A DNA stretch of 26,556 bases, taken from a virus. Under the pieces are notes generated by a model. It did not search any database. It was not told where the DNA came from and worked only from the letters and a program-made list of their open reading frames with translations. The position numbers were made by a program, and so were the translations under genes. The stretch lies in the UHGV virus genome UHGV-0062447; one strand, 5' to 3'. This document shows positions 16,339 through 24,812 of this stretch, in pieces (the stretch's first letter is position 1; each line of letters begins with the position of its first letter).

Positions 16339-18753
16339 TTAATACATGTTCCGCCATTTATCATCCTCCTGCAGACGCTGGTTCCGATAGAAGATACGCA
16401 GGCCTGCTCCTGACGGAATACTGCCACCGCGAAGGAGCAACTCGACCTCTTTCTCGCTGCCATCAAATCCTCTGGACTTCAGTTCATAGACAAGCTGCTG
16501 TCGCTGATGGTCTGTAATTCGCTGTTTGTAGTCTTTACGCCGTTTCGGTTTCACCAGGCGTAACCTTGCTGCCAGTTCCCGGCGATCTTTTTTGCTCATA
16601 CTGTGCAGGTAATCGTGCAACTCCTTGTCATTCATACGGGTAATATCCGTTCTGGAGTCCCCATCAGCTGATTTGTTTTTCCCTTGTTGGTTCAAATTTT
16701 CAGCAAGGGGACAGTTATTGCCACGAGTCCAAGGGGCGCAAGCGCCCTGGTCGGCTGCCGCCTCCTGAACGTCAACGGCCTTACGAACCATTTTCCACTT
16801 CACCGCATGAGTGCAGATCTTGCCCTCTGCAATGGGTGACCAGATGCCATAAATACGAATACCGTGATCGCCATAGGCGGTTGGCTCTTCGTTGATTTCA
16901 TAAGCGGTTCTGATGAGGTGATATTTACGGGGAACCAGTACGCCGCCCTGCTTCATGATATAGGTGGCAAAACAACCAGCATCAGCAGCAGCCAGAATGG
17001 CATCAAGGCGCGGGTTATCCAGTACCGGCGCACCTGCTTTTTTGTCACCCTGTTGCCTTGCCGCCTGACCAGCCAGCAATCGCAGTTCACGGTAAGCCTG
17101 ACGCCCCGGAATGCCAAAGAAGCGGAATTGCTGAACACGATGCAGAGACGCCCAGGCATTAACGTATTCAGCGTTATCACGCAGGGATTTACCCGTTTCC
17201 TTGCTGATCTCCCCAGCCAGACCACGCCCGTCAATGTTCTTACTGATGTATTTCGCGATATAGCTTGTTGGCGTACCTTTGCGCGGGTTTATCAGCTCAG
17301 ACTTAAAGCGTGGTCCCGTGTTATTGCCCAGCTCCTCGCGGTCTTCACGGATGGCAAACTTACGCAGTAATGCAGTGATGGCGCGGCGGTCTTTTTTACG
17401 CATGAAACACATGAGATGCCAGTGCACAGTACCGTCATGATGCGGCTCAGCTACCCGCACGCCATACCAGCGCAACTCGGCTTTATGCATAGCCTTACGA
17501 AATGCAGCAAACATGCCGACCAGATAATCGCTACTTTGTCTTACCGTCGCGTTTGTCCAGGTCGGGTTTGGTCTGCCGTTATTGAGCGTGGAATGGAAAC
17601 GCGACGGACAGGTGATAGTGTAGAAAACGGCACAGTCACTGCGCATTTCCGCGATAAGCTCCAGACCTTTAACACAGGCCATCATCTCATTGCGGCGATG
17701 CGCCGGGTTGCTGCTGCTGGCGTTTACCACATCTTCCATATCCAGCGTGTCGCCGTCTTCGTTCACCAGTTCATGAGAACGAAAAAACTCCAGCGACTTA
17801 CGGCGCTGCTCACGTTTATGCATCACGGCTTCATAGCTGACATAGGGGGATGCTTTTTTGCTGACCAGGCAGACAGCACGCAACTGCTCTTCCCGCCATT
17901 CGCAACGCATCTTCCATAATTTCCGATACCACCAGTCGGCACACAACATACGCGCCAGCGAACCCGGGATGAGTTCATAGGGCACTGGTTTGCGGCGGTT
18001 TCTTTTCCGACGAAGTTTCTCAAACGCAGGCGGGATAACATCCAGACGCAGGGTTTCCGCTGCCACCTTTTCCCATGTCTTGCGGATTTCTTCTGGCTTA
18101 ACGTCATCGGTGGCATACAAGTCACCACAAGCGTCCTCAAGACACATGCTCATATGCGCTGCTACCAGGGTGGACAGGCGTTTCACCTGATCCTGGCTCA
18201 TTTCAGGCAGGATCAGCAGACCCTCCAGCCCTTGATGGCTTGCCATAAAACGGAAAGAAACAGATAGCTGACTGTCACGTACACAATCCAGTCGCTCCAG
18301 ACATGGCTTAATCGTCTCACGCAAATAGCGGGAATAAGCCTTTGGCCTGCCCAGGCTGCTGAAGTATTCAATACGTTGCATCAGCGGCTTGCTGATATGG
18401 GAAGGCTGGGCGTTTACGTCCGCCAGAATGACCATGTCCGGATTAAAACGCTGCTGCTCATGCGCCAGCTTTGCCCGGCTAATGAGCTTATCCTGCTCCA
18501 TTTCGCGCTGGACAGGATCACGGGATTCATTAAAGAAATAACGCTCCCAGACCTGCTCACTCAGTGCCTCGCGGCGCAGTTGTTCCTGCTCGTTATCGGC
18601 AGCGTACAGAGTGATCAGGTTTGAAAGTGCAGACTCCGGCGCAACTTCCGCCGGGTCCAGATAAGGGTTAATGGCCTTTTTCGAGCCGTTCCATGAAAAT
18701 GCTGCGGCGGCCTCGTTAAAGCCGCTGCAATTGTTCATATCGTCATGACTCAT
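16339..18753 (-). CDS. A: Replication initiation protein A (rolling-circle endonuclease), P2/186 gpA-like
   Basis: 804 aa from ATG 18751-18753 (overlaps dam stop as ATGA); large protein in the expected position, with translation recognised as P2/186 gene A family. Confidence 0.85.
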   Translation of the reverse strand: MSHDDMNNCSGFNEAAAAFSWNGSKKAINPYLDPAEVAPESALSNLITLYAADNEQEQLRREALSEQVWERYFFNESRDPVQREMEQDKLISRAKLAHEQQRFNPDMVILADVNAQPSHISKPLMQRIEYFSSLGRPKAYSRYLRETIKPCLERLDCVRDSQLSVSFRFMASHQGLEGLLILPEMSQDQVKRLSTLVAAHMSMCLEDACGDLYATDDVKPEEIRKTWEKVAAETLRLDVIPPAFEKLRRKRNRRKPVPYELIPGSLARMLCADWWYRKLWKMRCEWREEQLRAVCLVSKKASPYVSYEAVMHKREQRRKSLEFFRSHELVNEDGDTLDMEDVVNASSSNPAHRRNEMMACVKGLELIAEMRSDCAVFYTITCPSRFHSTLNNGRPNPTWTNATVRQSSDYLVGMFAAFRKAMHKAELRWYGVRVAEPHHDGTVHWHLMCFMRKKDRRAITALLRKFAIREDREELGNNTGPRFKSELINPRKGTPTSYIAKYISKNIDGRGLAGEISKETGKSLRDNAEYVNAWASLHRVQQFRFFGIPGRQAYRELRLLAGQAARQQGDKKAGAPVLDNPRLDAILAAADAGCFATYIMKQGGVLVPRKYHLIRTAYEINEEPTAYGDHGIRIYGIWSPIAEGKICTHAVKWKMVRKAVDVQEAAADQGACAPWTRGNNCPLAENLNQQGKNKSADGDSRTDITRMNDKELHDYLHSMSKKDRRELAARLRLVKPKRRKDYKQRITDHQRQQLVYELKSRGFDGSEKEVELLLRGGSIPSGAGLRIFYRNQRLQEDDKWRNMY

Positions 18754-19607
18754 ACACACACTCCGTACACGGCAGAACTATCCACGCCACGCGAAGGATC
18801 AAATCCCAACCAGCAGCTCGGCCCGGAAACAGCAATGATTTCTGTTGCAGATTTACCCTCGCCAGCTGACACGCCGATGCTGCGTTTTGCCTTGATATAG
18901 TGGTGAGTAAAATTGCGATACAGCGAACGAATCAGGGATGTGTCATTGTTAGAAACAATGACCGGATGTCCTTCTGATGACCGATGTTCAAGAATGGATG
19001 CCAGGTGATACTGGTCATCTTCAGTGAAACCATCAGTGTGATAGCCGGAAAACGTACCGTCATACGGCGGATCGCAATACACCACATCCCCCACCTGCAG
19101 CATCGCCAGCGTTTCATCAAAGCTCGCGCAGATAAACGTTGCCCGCTGGGCTTTCTCTGCAAATGCGCGAATTTCTTTTTCAGGGAAATACGGATTTTTA
19201 TAATTACCGTAGGGAATGTTGAAATACCCGCTCTTGTTATAGCGACATAAACCACGGTAACCGTGACGATTGAGATACAGGAAATATATCGCCTTCATGA
19301 AATCAGTAATTTCAGTTGAGTAATTAAACTCCTGTCTTATGTTGTAATAAGCCAGCTCACTGTTTGCTTCCTCAAATAAAACTTTGGCACGAGATATAAA
19401 CGCTTCGCAATCAGCGGCAATCTTTTTATAGAGGTTGATTAAATCAGGATTAATATCCGCAACCAGATAGCTGGGGTAATCCGTCGCCATCATCACAGCA
19501 CAAGAACCCGCGAAAGGTTCAACCAGTCGCGGGCCAGCAGGAAGGTATTTTTTCAGTTCGGACATAATGGCGGTTTTATTACCCGCCCATTTCAGGATGG
19601 TGCTCAT
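18750..19607 (-). CDS. dam: DNA adenine methyltransferase (Dam-like, N6-adenine MTase)
   Basis: From ATG 19605-19607: [23 protein letters not shown]...FAGSCAV... and a DPPY catalytic motif ([14 protein letters not shown]). Confidence 0.85.
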   Translation of the reverse strand: MSTILKWAGNKTAIMSELKKYLPAGPRLVEPFAGSCAVMMATDYPSYLVADINPDLINLYKKIAADCEAFISRAKVLFEEANSELAYYNIRQEFNYSTEITDFMKAIYFLYLNRHGYRGLCRYNKSGYFNIPYGNYKNPYFPEKEIRAFAEKAQRATFICASFDETLAMLQVGDVVYCDPPYDGTFSGYHTDGFTEDDQYHLASILEHRSSEGHPVIVSNNDTSLIRSLYRNFTHHYIKAKRSIGVSAGEGKSATEIIAVSGPSCWLGFDPSRGVDSSAVYGVCV

Positions 19608-19831
19608 ACAGCACCTCCGTTGTAATGTTTGCCTTTCAGCTCTGCGATTTCCTGGCAGGTAATGCAAAGCTGCACTCCAGGAATGGCACGGCGGCGTGCT
19701 GGCGGAATTGGCGCTTCACACTCAACGCAAAGCACGCGGGACACGCCCGGCGTTTTGGCGCGGGCAGCACGGATATGACGCTGGCGTTCTTCTTCAACGC
19801 GCTGCTGTACGAGATCCATTGCATCAGCCAT
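19604..19831 (-). CDS. TraR/DksA-family C4 zinc-finger protein
   Basis: 75 aa with CVEC...CITC motif; ATG overlaps the upstream stop; stop overlaps dam start. Confidence 0.75.
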   Translation of the reverse strand: MADAMDLVQQRVEEERQRHIRAARAKTPGVSRVLCVECEAPIPPARRRAIPGVQLCITCQEIAELKGKHYNGGAV

Positions 19832-20064
19832 CAGTGGATCTCCTGCGCTTCGTTCTGGATTGCTTCAGCAGTCACACGCAGCAGTTCTGCCACTTCGACG
19901 TGGTTTAGCTGGCGGGATGTGATATGACACGCCAGGCTATCAAGGCGAGCTGCCATTGCTTCAGCCCTTGCCCGGCGTTCTTCCAGACGAGCCTCTGTCA
20001 GTAAAATATTAAGCCCTGCATCATCCGGTCCGGTTTTAGTCGTGAGGGTTTCAATATTACGCAT
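19831..20064 (-). CDS. Hypothetical early-operon protein (77 aa)
   Basis: ATG 20062-20064 with GGAG 9 nt upstream; the ORF-track TTG extension is unlikely. Confidence 0.6.
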   Translation of the reverse strand: MRNIETLTTKTGPDDAGLNILLTEARLEERRARAEAMAARLDSLACHITSRQLNHVEVAELLRVTAEAIQNEAQEIH

Positions 20065-20131
20065 AATCAATTCTCCTGAATTTAGATAAAGGGATGCCTG
20101 GCGGGTTTACGCCATGAATTTCATTAGTTGG

Positions 20132-20473
20132 TTAATTCGGCATGGTTAGCCGTCTGGGAAATAAGCTCACCACTGCACGAAAATGATTCATTGCTTTAAT
20201 CAGCTCCCGCTTTTCGTCAGTGGTCAGCTCATTAATGCTGATGCTATGACGTTCAGCTGGAATTTTTGCCATAAAGAATATGGCAGCCAGTGCCCGTTTA
20301 TTTTGTTCATTATTGATATCCCGTGGATCACGCATATCTTTAATAAACCGCTCAAGCTCTGACTCAATATTCAGGCCAAAAACTTTCGCTCTTAATTCCG
20401 CAATGTGATTAAGTCCATTCAGGCGTTCACCGGGGCTTAATGGAACAGTCGCCGCAGCGCCATTAATTGCCAT
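20132..20473 (-). CDS. Hypothetical early-operon protein (113 aa)
   Basis: ORF with ATG 20471-20473; phage-backbone GC content. Confidence 0.6.
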   Translation of the reverse strand: MAINGAAATVPLSPGERLNGLNHIAELRAKVFGLNIESELERFIKDMRDPRDINNEQNKRALAAIFFMAKIPAERHSISINELTTDEKRELIKAMNHFRAVVSLFPRRLTMPN

Positions 20474-20495
20474 AATTCATATCCCCAAAACGCAA

Positions 20496-20720
20496 CTATC
20501 GTTCTTTGTTCTTACGGTAACGCTCAAGGGGAGATACATTTTTTCGTACCGTCTCTTTAACCTGCTCTCCCCGTAAAAACGTCCCATCCTTTAGTGTGAA
20601 AAAGTAACTGCCATCGCCCGACAACGACGGATAACAACAGAGCAAATCATCTTCAGGTACTGAATAACTATCCCCTCTGTAACGAAACTGATAAACCACT
20701 TCACTTTCTGCCGCATACAT
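20496..20720 (-). CDS. Hypothetical early-operon protein (74 aa)
   Basis: ATG 20718-20720 preceded by GGAGAAAG; overlaps out of frame with an 80-aa ORF (20591..20833) that starts inside the direct repeat. Confidence 0.5.
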   Translation of the reverse strand: MYAAESEVVYQFRYRGDSYSVPEDDLLCCYPSLSGDGSYFFTLKDGTFLRGEQVKETVRKNVSPLERYRKNKER

Positions 20721-20810
20721 TTGGACTTTCTCCGTTTCCTCGTGGTCACTTCAGACAGCAATTCATCTTGTGAATAACATGGATGCCAGCGTTTACCATC
20801 CTCACCCATG

Positions 20811-20870
20811 ATCCAGCCGTGACCGTAGTGCATTGCCGGGCTTTGTTTTACCAGCAGCGATGCAAATGAT
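20811..20870. repeat. 60-bp direct repeat, copy 1 (59/60 identical to 21614-21673)
   Basis: ATCCAGCCGTGACCGTAGTGCATTGCCGG[G/A]CTTTGTTTTACCAGCAGCGATGCAAATGAT read at both sites; a weaker GGATGCCA match lies about 25 bp further out at each copy. Confidence 0.9.
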
Positions 20871-20960
20871 TGTGCCGGGAATTTTTCTACACGCCCGGCG
20901 CGTGCCTCAGTGGTAGACTATTTGTGCTAACAATCATCTACCCCTCAAAGGAGAAAACTG

Positions 20961-21041
20961 ATGTCAGAAACAGACAACTTTCATGTACTCCCTCGCCCGG
21001 CTCCAGCACCTCAGCCTGAACCGGGGCAAGAGAAGAAATAG
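20961..21041 (+). CDS. Mini-ORF (26 aa, MSETDNFHVLPRPAPAPQPEPGQEKK) with a strong RBS, immediately upstream of the 2-TM protein gene
   Basis: AAAGGAGAAAACTG-ATG (consensus-like SD); stop TAG 9 nt before the next ATG. Not in the ORF track (too short). Confidence 0.4.
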   Translation: MSETDNFHVLPRPAPAPQPEPGQEKK

Positions 21042-21050
21042 GAATCCGGC

Positions 21051-21509
21051 ATGACTAAACAAAGCTCCGAATACTTCCAATTACACTACTGTTATTACCT
21101 TGAACTAATGACAGCAACGTTCCATGGTCGAGCTGATAAATTAATGACAGCAATCCAACTTATAAGCGGAACAGCTGTATTTGCTAATACAGGTCTGGAA
21201 TGGTTGTTCGCTTTTCCTGTTGTTGTAATCGCAACAATCCAACTTGTATGGCAACCAGCTATTATTGCGGAACGAGCAAGCGTACAAAGCCGACAATATG
21301 GTGAGTTGCTTTACGCCGAGGATGAATTGTCTCCACAGTTCATTGCACAAAAATTGAAAGCTTTGCATCACTCTGACTCCACAACATTCGGATCTTTGTT
21401 AAACCCTGCCTACAAAAGAGCTGCTATTGCCTGTGGTCGGGTTGACGATGTAAACCTCAGCTTCCAAGAAAAACTTTTCGCTTGGTTCGCAGGTTGTTTG
21501 CCACGTTAA
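21051..21509 (+). CDS. Hypothetical membrane protein (152 aa, two predicted TM helices), opposite strand to the early operon
   Basis: ATG 21051 with AGGAAT upstream; hydrophobic segments LMTAIQLISGTAVFANTGLEWLFAFPVVVIATIQLVW; lower GC than the surrounding backbone; followed by hairpin CCCCGG-N11-CCGGGG (21545-21567). Confidence 0.65.
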   Translation: MTKQSSEYFQLHYCYYLELMTATFHGRADKLMTAIQLISGTAVFANTGLEWLFAFPVVVIATIQLVWQPAIIAERASVQSRQYGELLYAEDELSPQFIAQKLKALHHSDSTTFGSLLNPAYKRAAIACGRVDDVNLSFQEKLFAWFAGCLPR

Positions 21510-21613
21510 CCATAAATCTTTGTAGGAATCGCTTTTTATTTCTTCCCCGGTAAGCCTGTTGCCGGGGTTGTAATTCAAAACTTGGATGCCACTTTTTCCC
21601 ACAAGGTAAATAA

Positions 21614-21673
21614 ATCCAGCCGTGACCGTAGTGCATTGCCGGACTTTGTTTTACCAGCAGCGATGCAAATGAT
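21614..21673. repeat. 60-bp direct repeat, copy 2
   Basis: See copy 1; lies just downstream of the cII stop. Confidence 0.9.
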
Positions 21674-21697
21674 GGTTCTTTCGTCAGCATAAGCACC

Positions 21698-22207
21698 TCA
21701 CAGCAAACCGAATGAAGCACCGAGGCCAGTCACGGTATCAACTGCACTCGCCATCGCAGGATTAGCCTGTAAACGGGCCTGCAATGAAACAGCAGCCAGC
21801 GCCATCAGTCGTGTTACAGAGTTAATGCTGCTGATAGCATCACGACGACCTGCACTGGTTTTTACATCGCCAGATACCGCACCTGCAGCAACACGTCCGA
21901 TCTCTGCGGTTGCACTCATGACGTAATGTGGCAGTTTCTCTTTTGCTACCTCATTAATCGGTACACATGGCAGACAGTGAATCTGAGCCAGAAAGCCATC
22001 TACCAGCGTCGAATCTTCAGTCAGATCGGTAAGCAGCCAAATTTCTGGTGCGGTTAATAAATGAGGTTGAGCAGGGTTCAACTTGTTTCGCAGAATCTGC
22101 ACATTCATTCCTGCACGTCCTGCCAGCTGCACCAGGTTGTGGCGCAGTGCGAATGCACGACAGGCTTCATCAAAATGTGGATGTTTGGAAACTTGGTAAT
22201 CAAACAT
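21698..22207 (-). CDS. cII: CII-like lysogeny-establishment regulator (186 CII family)
   Basis: From ATG 22205-22207: [24 protein letters not shown]...[15 protein letters not shown]...[26 protein letters not shown]... closely parallels 186 CII (169 aa) as recalled. Confidence 0.85.
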   Translation of the reverse strand: MFDYQVSKHPHFDEACRAFALRHNLVQLAGRAGMNVQILRNKLNPAQPHLLTAPEIWLLTDLTEDSTLVDGFLAQIHCLPCVPINEVAKEKLPHYVMSATAEIGRVAAGAVSGDVKTSAGRRDAISSINSVTRLMALAAVSLQARLQANPAMASAVDTVTGLGASFGLL

Positions 22208-22271
22208 GGTTTTCAATTCCGAACTTATCGCAAAATCGAACTCAGCGTCTTATTGCGAAAATAGACGTCTA

Positions 22272-22475
22272 TTAAGCAGACAAAGCATCAACAGTCAGAG
22301 CAGCCAGGTTAATCATTACCTTTTCACGTTTTTTGTCTTTACGAAGACGATGACGAGGTAGTCGGCCATCAGCCAACATGTCGTTAATCGTATCAATAGA
22401 AAGGCCAGTCAGTTCGCTATAACGTTCGATTGTGACATGTGGTGTATTCAGAGTAATTGAAATGTTAGGTGTCAT
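22272..22475 (-). CDS. apl: Apl/Cox-like excisionase and lytic-promoter repressor
   Basis: 67-aa HTH protein, first gene of the lytic operon, divergent from cI; ATG 22473-22475. Confidence 0.7.
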   Translation of the reverse strand: MTPNISITLNTPHVTIERYSELTGLSIDTINDMLADGRLPRHRLRKDKKREKVMINLAALTVDALSA

Positions 22476-22564
22476 AAGGCAACATTCCTTCTAGATATGG
22501 CTTGTGGCGAGCCGTTGTTTGTCGTGATTAGTAGTGAAGGCTCCAAAAGAAGACTTCTGGTTCA

Positions 22565-22593
22565 ACTTTAAGATCGCTTTTGGAATCTGTCAA
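22565..22593 (-). promoter_or_regulatory. Lytic promoter (pR-like): -35 TTGACA, 17-bp spacer, -10 TAAAGT on the minus strand
   Basis: Read on the minus strand: TTGACAgattccaaaagcgatctTAAAGT. Directed toward apl and located inside the cI leader, the face-to-face arrangement described for 186 pR/pL. Confidence 0.55.
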
Positions 22594-22620
22594 CGAATTT
22601 TGGATTTCTTTGGAGGATTT

Positions 22621-23190
22621 GTGGATTTCAATAGCGGCGGTAAGAAAGCCATAGAACGTTTGGTTGAAGCATACGGGTTCGGTACCCGTCAGGCTCTCTG
22701 TGATCATTTAGGTGTTTCTAAGAGCACCATGGCAACGCGTTATATGCGTGATATTTTTCCGGCAGATTGGGTAATCCAGTGCGCCCTTGAAACGGGTACC
22801 TCGCTTAATTGGCTAACAACAGGGCATGGTTCAAAGCAAGCATCAGCAAATACAAATACTATAGAAGTAGTAAAATATTTATTGTCTGATGGAGCATTGC
22901 AGGAAGACGGTTTTTATATTTTTGATAAGGGATTTCTACCCTCTACGTTTAAAAAACCTTTTGTCATCACAGATAACAATTCTGAATTTATTTGTGATAA
23001 AGAATTTGATGATATACGTGATGGTAAATGGGTAATAAGTATTGATGGCGAAATAACAATCCGCGACATCACTCGTTTACCCGGTGGAAGAATTTTCGTT
23101 GAAGGTGGAAACAGAGCCTTCGAGTGCAAGATAGAAGATGTTGAAATAATTGGAAAAATTATAAGCTTAACAGTTAAGTATGTTAGATAA
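22621..23190 (+). CDS. cI: CI immunity repressor (186 CI family)
   Basis: Preferred GTG start at 22621 preceded by GGAGG (ORF-track start 22534 is also GTG). N-terminal HTH region (...AIERLVEAYGFGTRQALCDHLGVSKSTMATRYMR...ALETGTSLNWLTTGHG) and C-terminal pattern (WVISIDGEITIRDITRLPGG...GGNRAFECKIEDVEIIG) parallel 186 CI; C-terminal half is AT-rich. Confidence 0.8.
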   Translation: MDFNSGGKKAIERLVEAYGFGTRQALCDHLGVSKSTMATRYMRDIFPADWVIQCALETGTSLNWLTTGHGSKQASANTNTIEVVKYLLSDGALQEDGFYIFDKGFLPSTFKKPFVITDNNSEFICDKEFDDIRDGKWVISIDGEITIRDITRLPGGRIFVEGGNRAFECKIEDVEIIGKIISLTVKYVR

Positions 23191-23205
23191 TACCTGGAGG
23201 AAACT

Positions 23206-23388
23206 ATGCTTGGTAAGTTTTTTTTTGTGGTTTTATCATGCTCTTTGTTATTAAACCCACTAACTACCTATGCTAAAAATTATCCTTGTTCTGGGAAAAA
23301 GGGAGGTGTCTCTCACTGTACCTCTGATGGAAAATTTGTTTGCAATGATGGAACCATCAGTAAATCCAAAAAAACATGCATCAAATAA
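23206..23388 (+). CDS. Small predicted secreted Cys-rich protein (60 aa: signal peptide plus ~37-aa mature peptide with 4 Cys)
   Basis: ATG 23206 with GGAGG 5 nt upstream; [60 protein letters not shown]; AT-rich; starts 15 bp after the cI stop. Confidence 0.65.
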   Translation: MLGKFFFVVLSCSLLLNPLTTYAKNYPCSGKKGGVSHCTSDGKFVCNDGTISKSKKTCIK

Positions 23389-23401
23389 TAAGGAAATATG
23401 A

Positions 23402-24733
23402 ATGAGCACAGATATAACTTTCGATATACGTGATGAATATAAAAGAAAAGCCATTGCAGAAAAAATAATAAGTTTGCTAGAGTCTAATATTCCTGTTTCA
23501 CCTATGGTCATAGATGGGGACTGGGGGACTGGAAAAACAGAGTTTTCAAAAAAGTTAGCATCCTTAATTGAAATAAACTCGACCAATCATAAAGTAGTTT
23601 ATATAGATGCTTTTACTGAAGATCACAACGATGCTCCCATACTTACAATAATGGCCGCAATTGCAGCTCTATATAATAGCGATGAAAAAAAGGAATTAAT
23701 ATCTAAGGCATTGCCAGCCCTCAGATTCGGACTTAAGACTGTACTCAAAGCTGGTGCTGGTTGGGTATTAAAACAAAATGCGGATGAAATTAATGAGGAA
23801 TTTGAAGAGGTTATCAAAGACGCTGCAAATTCAGCTATCGATGGAACCATCGAGGCTCTGTTAGAAGATCATATCGAGGCACAAAAGAACGTTCTTGCTC
23901 TAAAAGAAGTACTAACCAAATTAGCTGGAGAAAGTAAACTAACAATAATTATAGATGAGTTAGACAGATGTAAGCCTAGTTTTGCCATTTCTATTATTGA
24001 AAATATAAAACATGTTTTTGATATAAAAAACATTAACTTTTTATTAATTGCAAACACAACTCAACTAAAAGCATCCATAAATCATATCTATGGCTCTTCT
24101 GTAGACTCCAACCGTTATCTTGACAAATTTATAAAATTTACATACAGCCTTCCTGTTACCTTTAAGGAAGATAATTATAATGACACTTTAACTTCCAAAA
24201 ATCATTGGATGATGCTATGTGAGCAATCTGAAAGGCTGACCGCTGCAGTAGAAGCCAGCGAAGATATTTTCTTACAGTTCATTGAAAGTAGAAAATTATC
24301 ATTACGTGAGGTTGAAACACTTGCTAGATATGTTGAAATATACCAACTACTATCAGGCGACAAAATTAGCAACAAATATATTTATGGATATTGTTATTAC
24401 AGGACTCTAGCGATAATAATCTACACTTTTAACCGAGAGTTAGCTCTCAACTTTCTTGAAGATAAAGTTGATGCTCAATCAATCATGAAATTGTTTGGTT
24501 TGTCTAAATTTTCATATCAAACAAGTGAATATAATGTAGATAATTATGAATATGCTATATTTGGAATAGTTTACAAATACTTATCTGAAAACTCATCTCT
24601 TTTACCTACTGAGGAAAATATAAAAAGACAATGGGCAGAAATGAGTGAATACCATTTTTTAAAAGGTAGTGGCGGTATTGGTGAACCAACAAATATTGTG
24701 AAAGATGCTTTAAAAGTTTTTTTACTTCAGTGA
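23402..24733 (+). CDS. KAP-family P-loop NTPase (443 aa)
   Basis: Walker A in the KAP-typical form GDWGTGKT and Walker B IIIDELDRC (DxLDRC); AT-rich; ATG 23402 preceded by AGGAA. Confidence 0.75.
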   Translation: MSTDITFDIRDEYKRKAIAEKIISLLESNIPVSPMVIDGDWGTGKTEFSKKLASLIEINSTNHKVVYIDAFTEDHNDAPILTIMAAIAALYNSDEKKELISKALPALRFGLKTVLKAGAGWVLKQNADEINEEFEEVIKDAANSAIDGTIEALLEDHIEAQKNVLALKEVLTKLAGESKLTIIIDELDRCKPSFAISIIENIKHVFDIKNINFLLIANTTQLKASINHIYGSSVDSNRYLDKFIKFTYSLPVTFKEDNYNDTLTSKNHWMMLCEQSERLTAAVEASEDIFLQFIESRKLSLREVETLARYVEIYQLLSGDKISNKYIYGYCYYRTLAIIIYTFNRELALNFLEDKVDAQSIMKLFGLSKFSYQTSEYNVDNYEYAIFGIVYKYLSENSSLLPTEENIKRQWAEMSEYHFLKGSGGIGEPTNIVKDALKVFLLQ

Positions 24734-24759
24734 TATGTATGGCTATACAAATTCATACA

Positions 24760-24788
24760 TTGACACTGGTTATATATACAGTAAAAAT
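24760..24788 (+). promoter_or_regulatory. Putative sigma70 promoter upstream of int (-35 TTGACA) overlapped by a LexA-box-like dyad CTGGTTATATATACAG
   Basis: Read directly: TTGACA-CTGGTTATATATACAG-TAAAAAT; the dyad differs from CTGT-N8-ACAG at one position. Confidence 0.35.
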
Positions 24789-24812
24789 GCTCTCCACTGG
24801 AGGGCATTTTTT

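Noticed and set aside
20900-20930. tRNA-like fragment (GCCTCAGTGGTAGAC resembles a tRNA D-arm)
   Set aside because: No complete cloverleaf (acceptor stem, anticodon arm, T-arm) can be folded from the flanking sequence; likely coincidental.
21399-21602. 67-aa minus-strand ORF and 76-aa ORF (21141..21371) within the inserted module
   Set aside because: They overlap the better-supported plus-strand 152-aa gene antisense and lack convincing RBSs; likely spurious.
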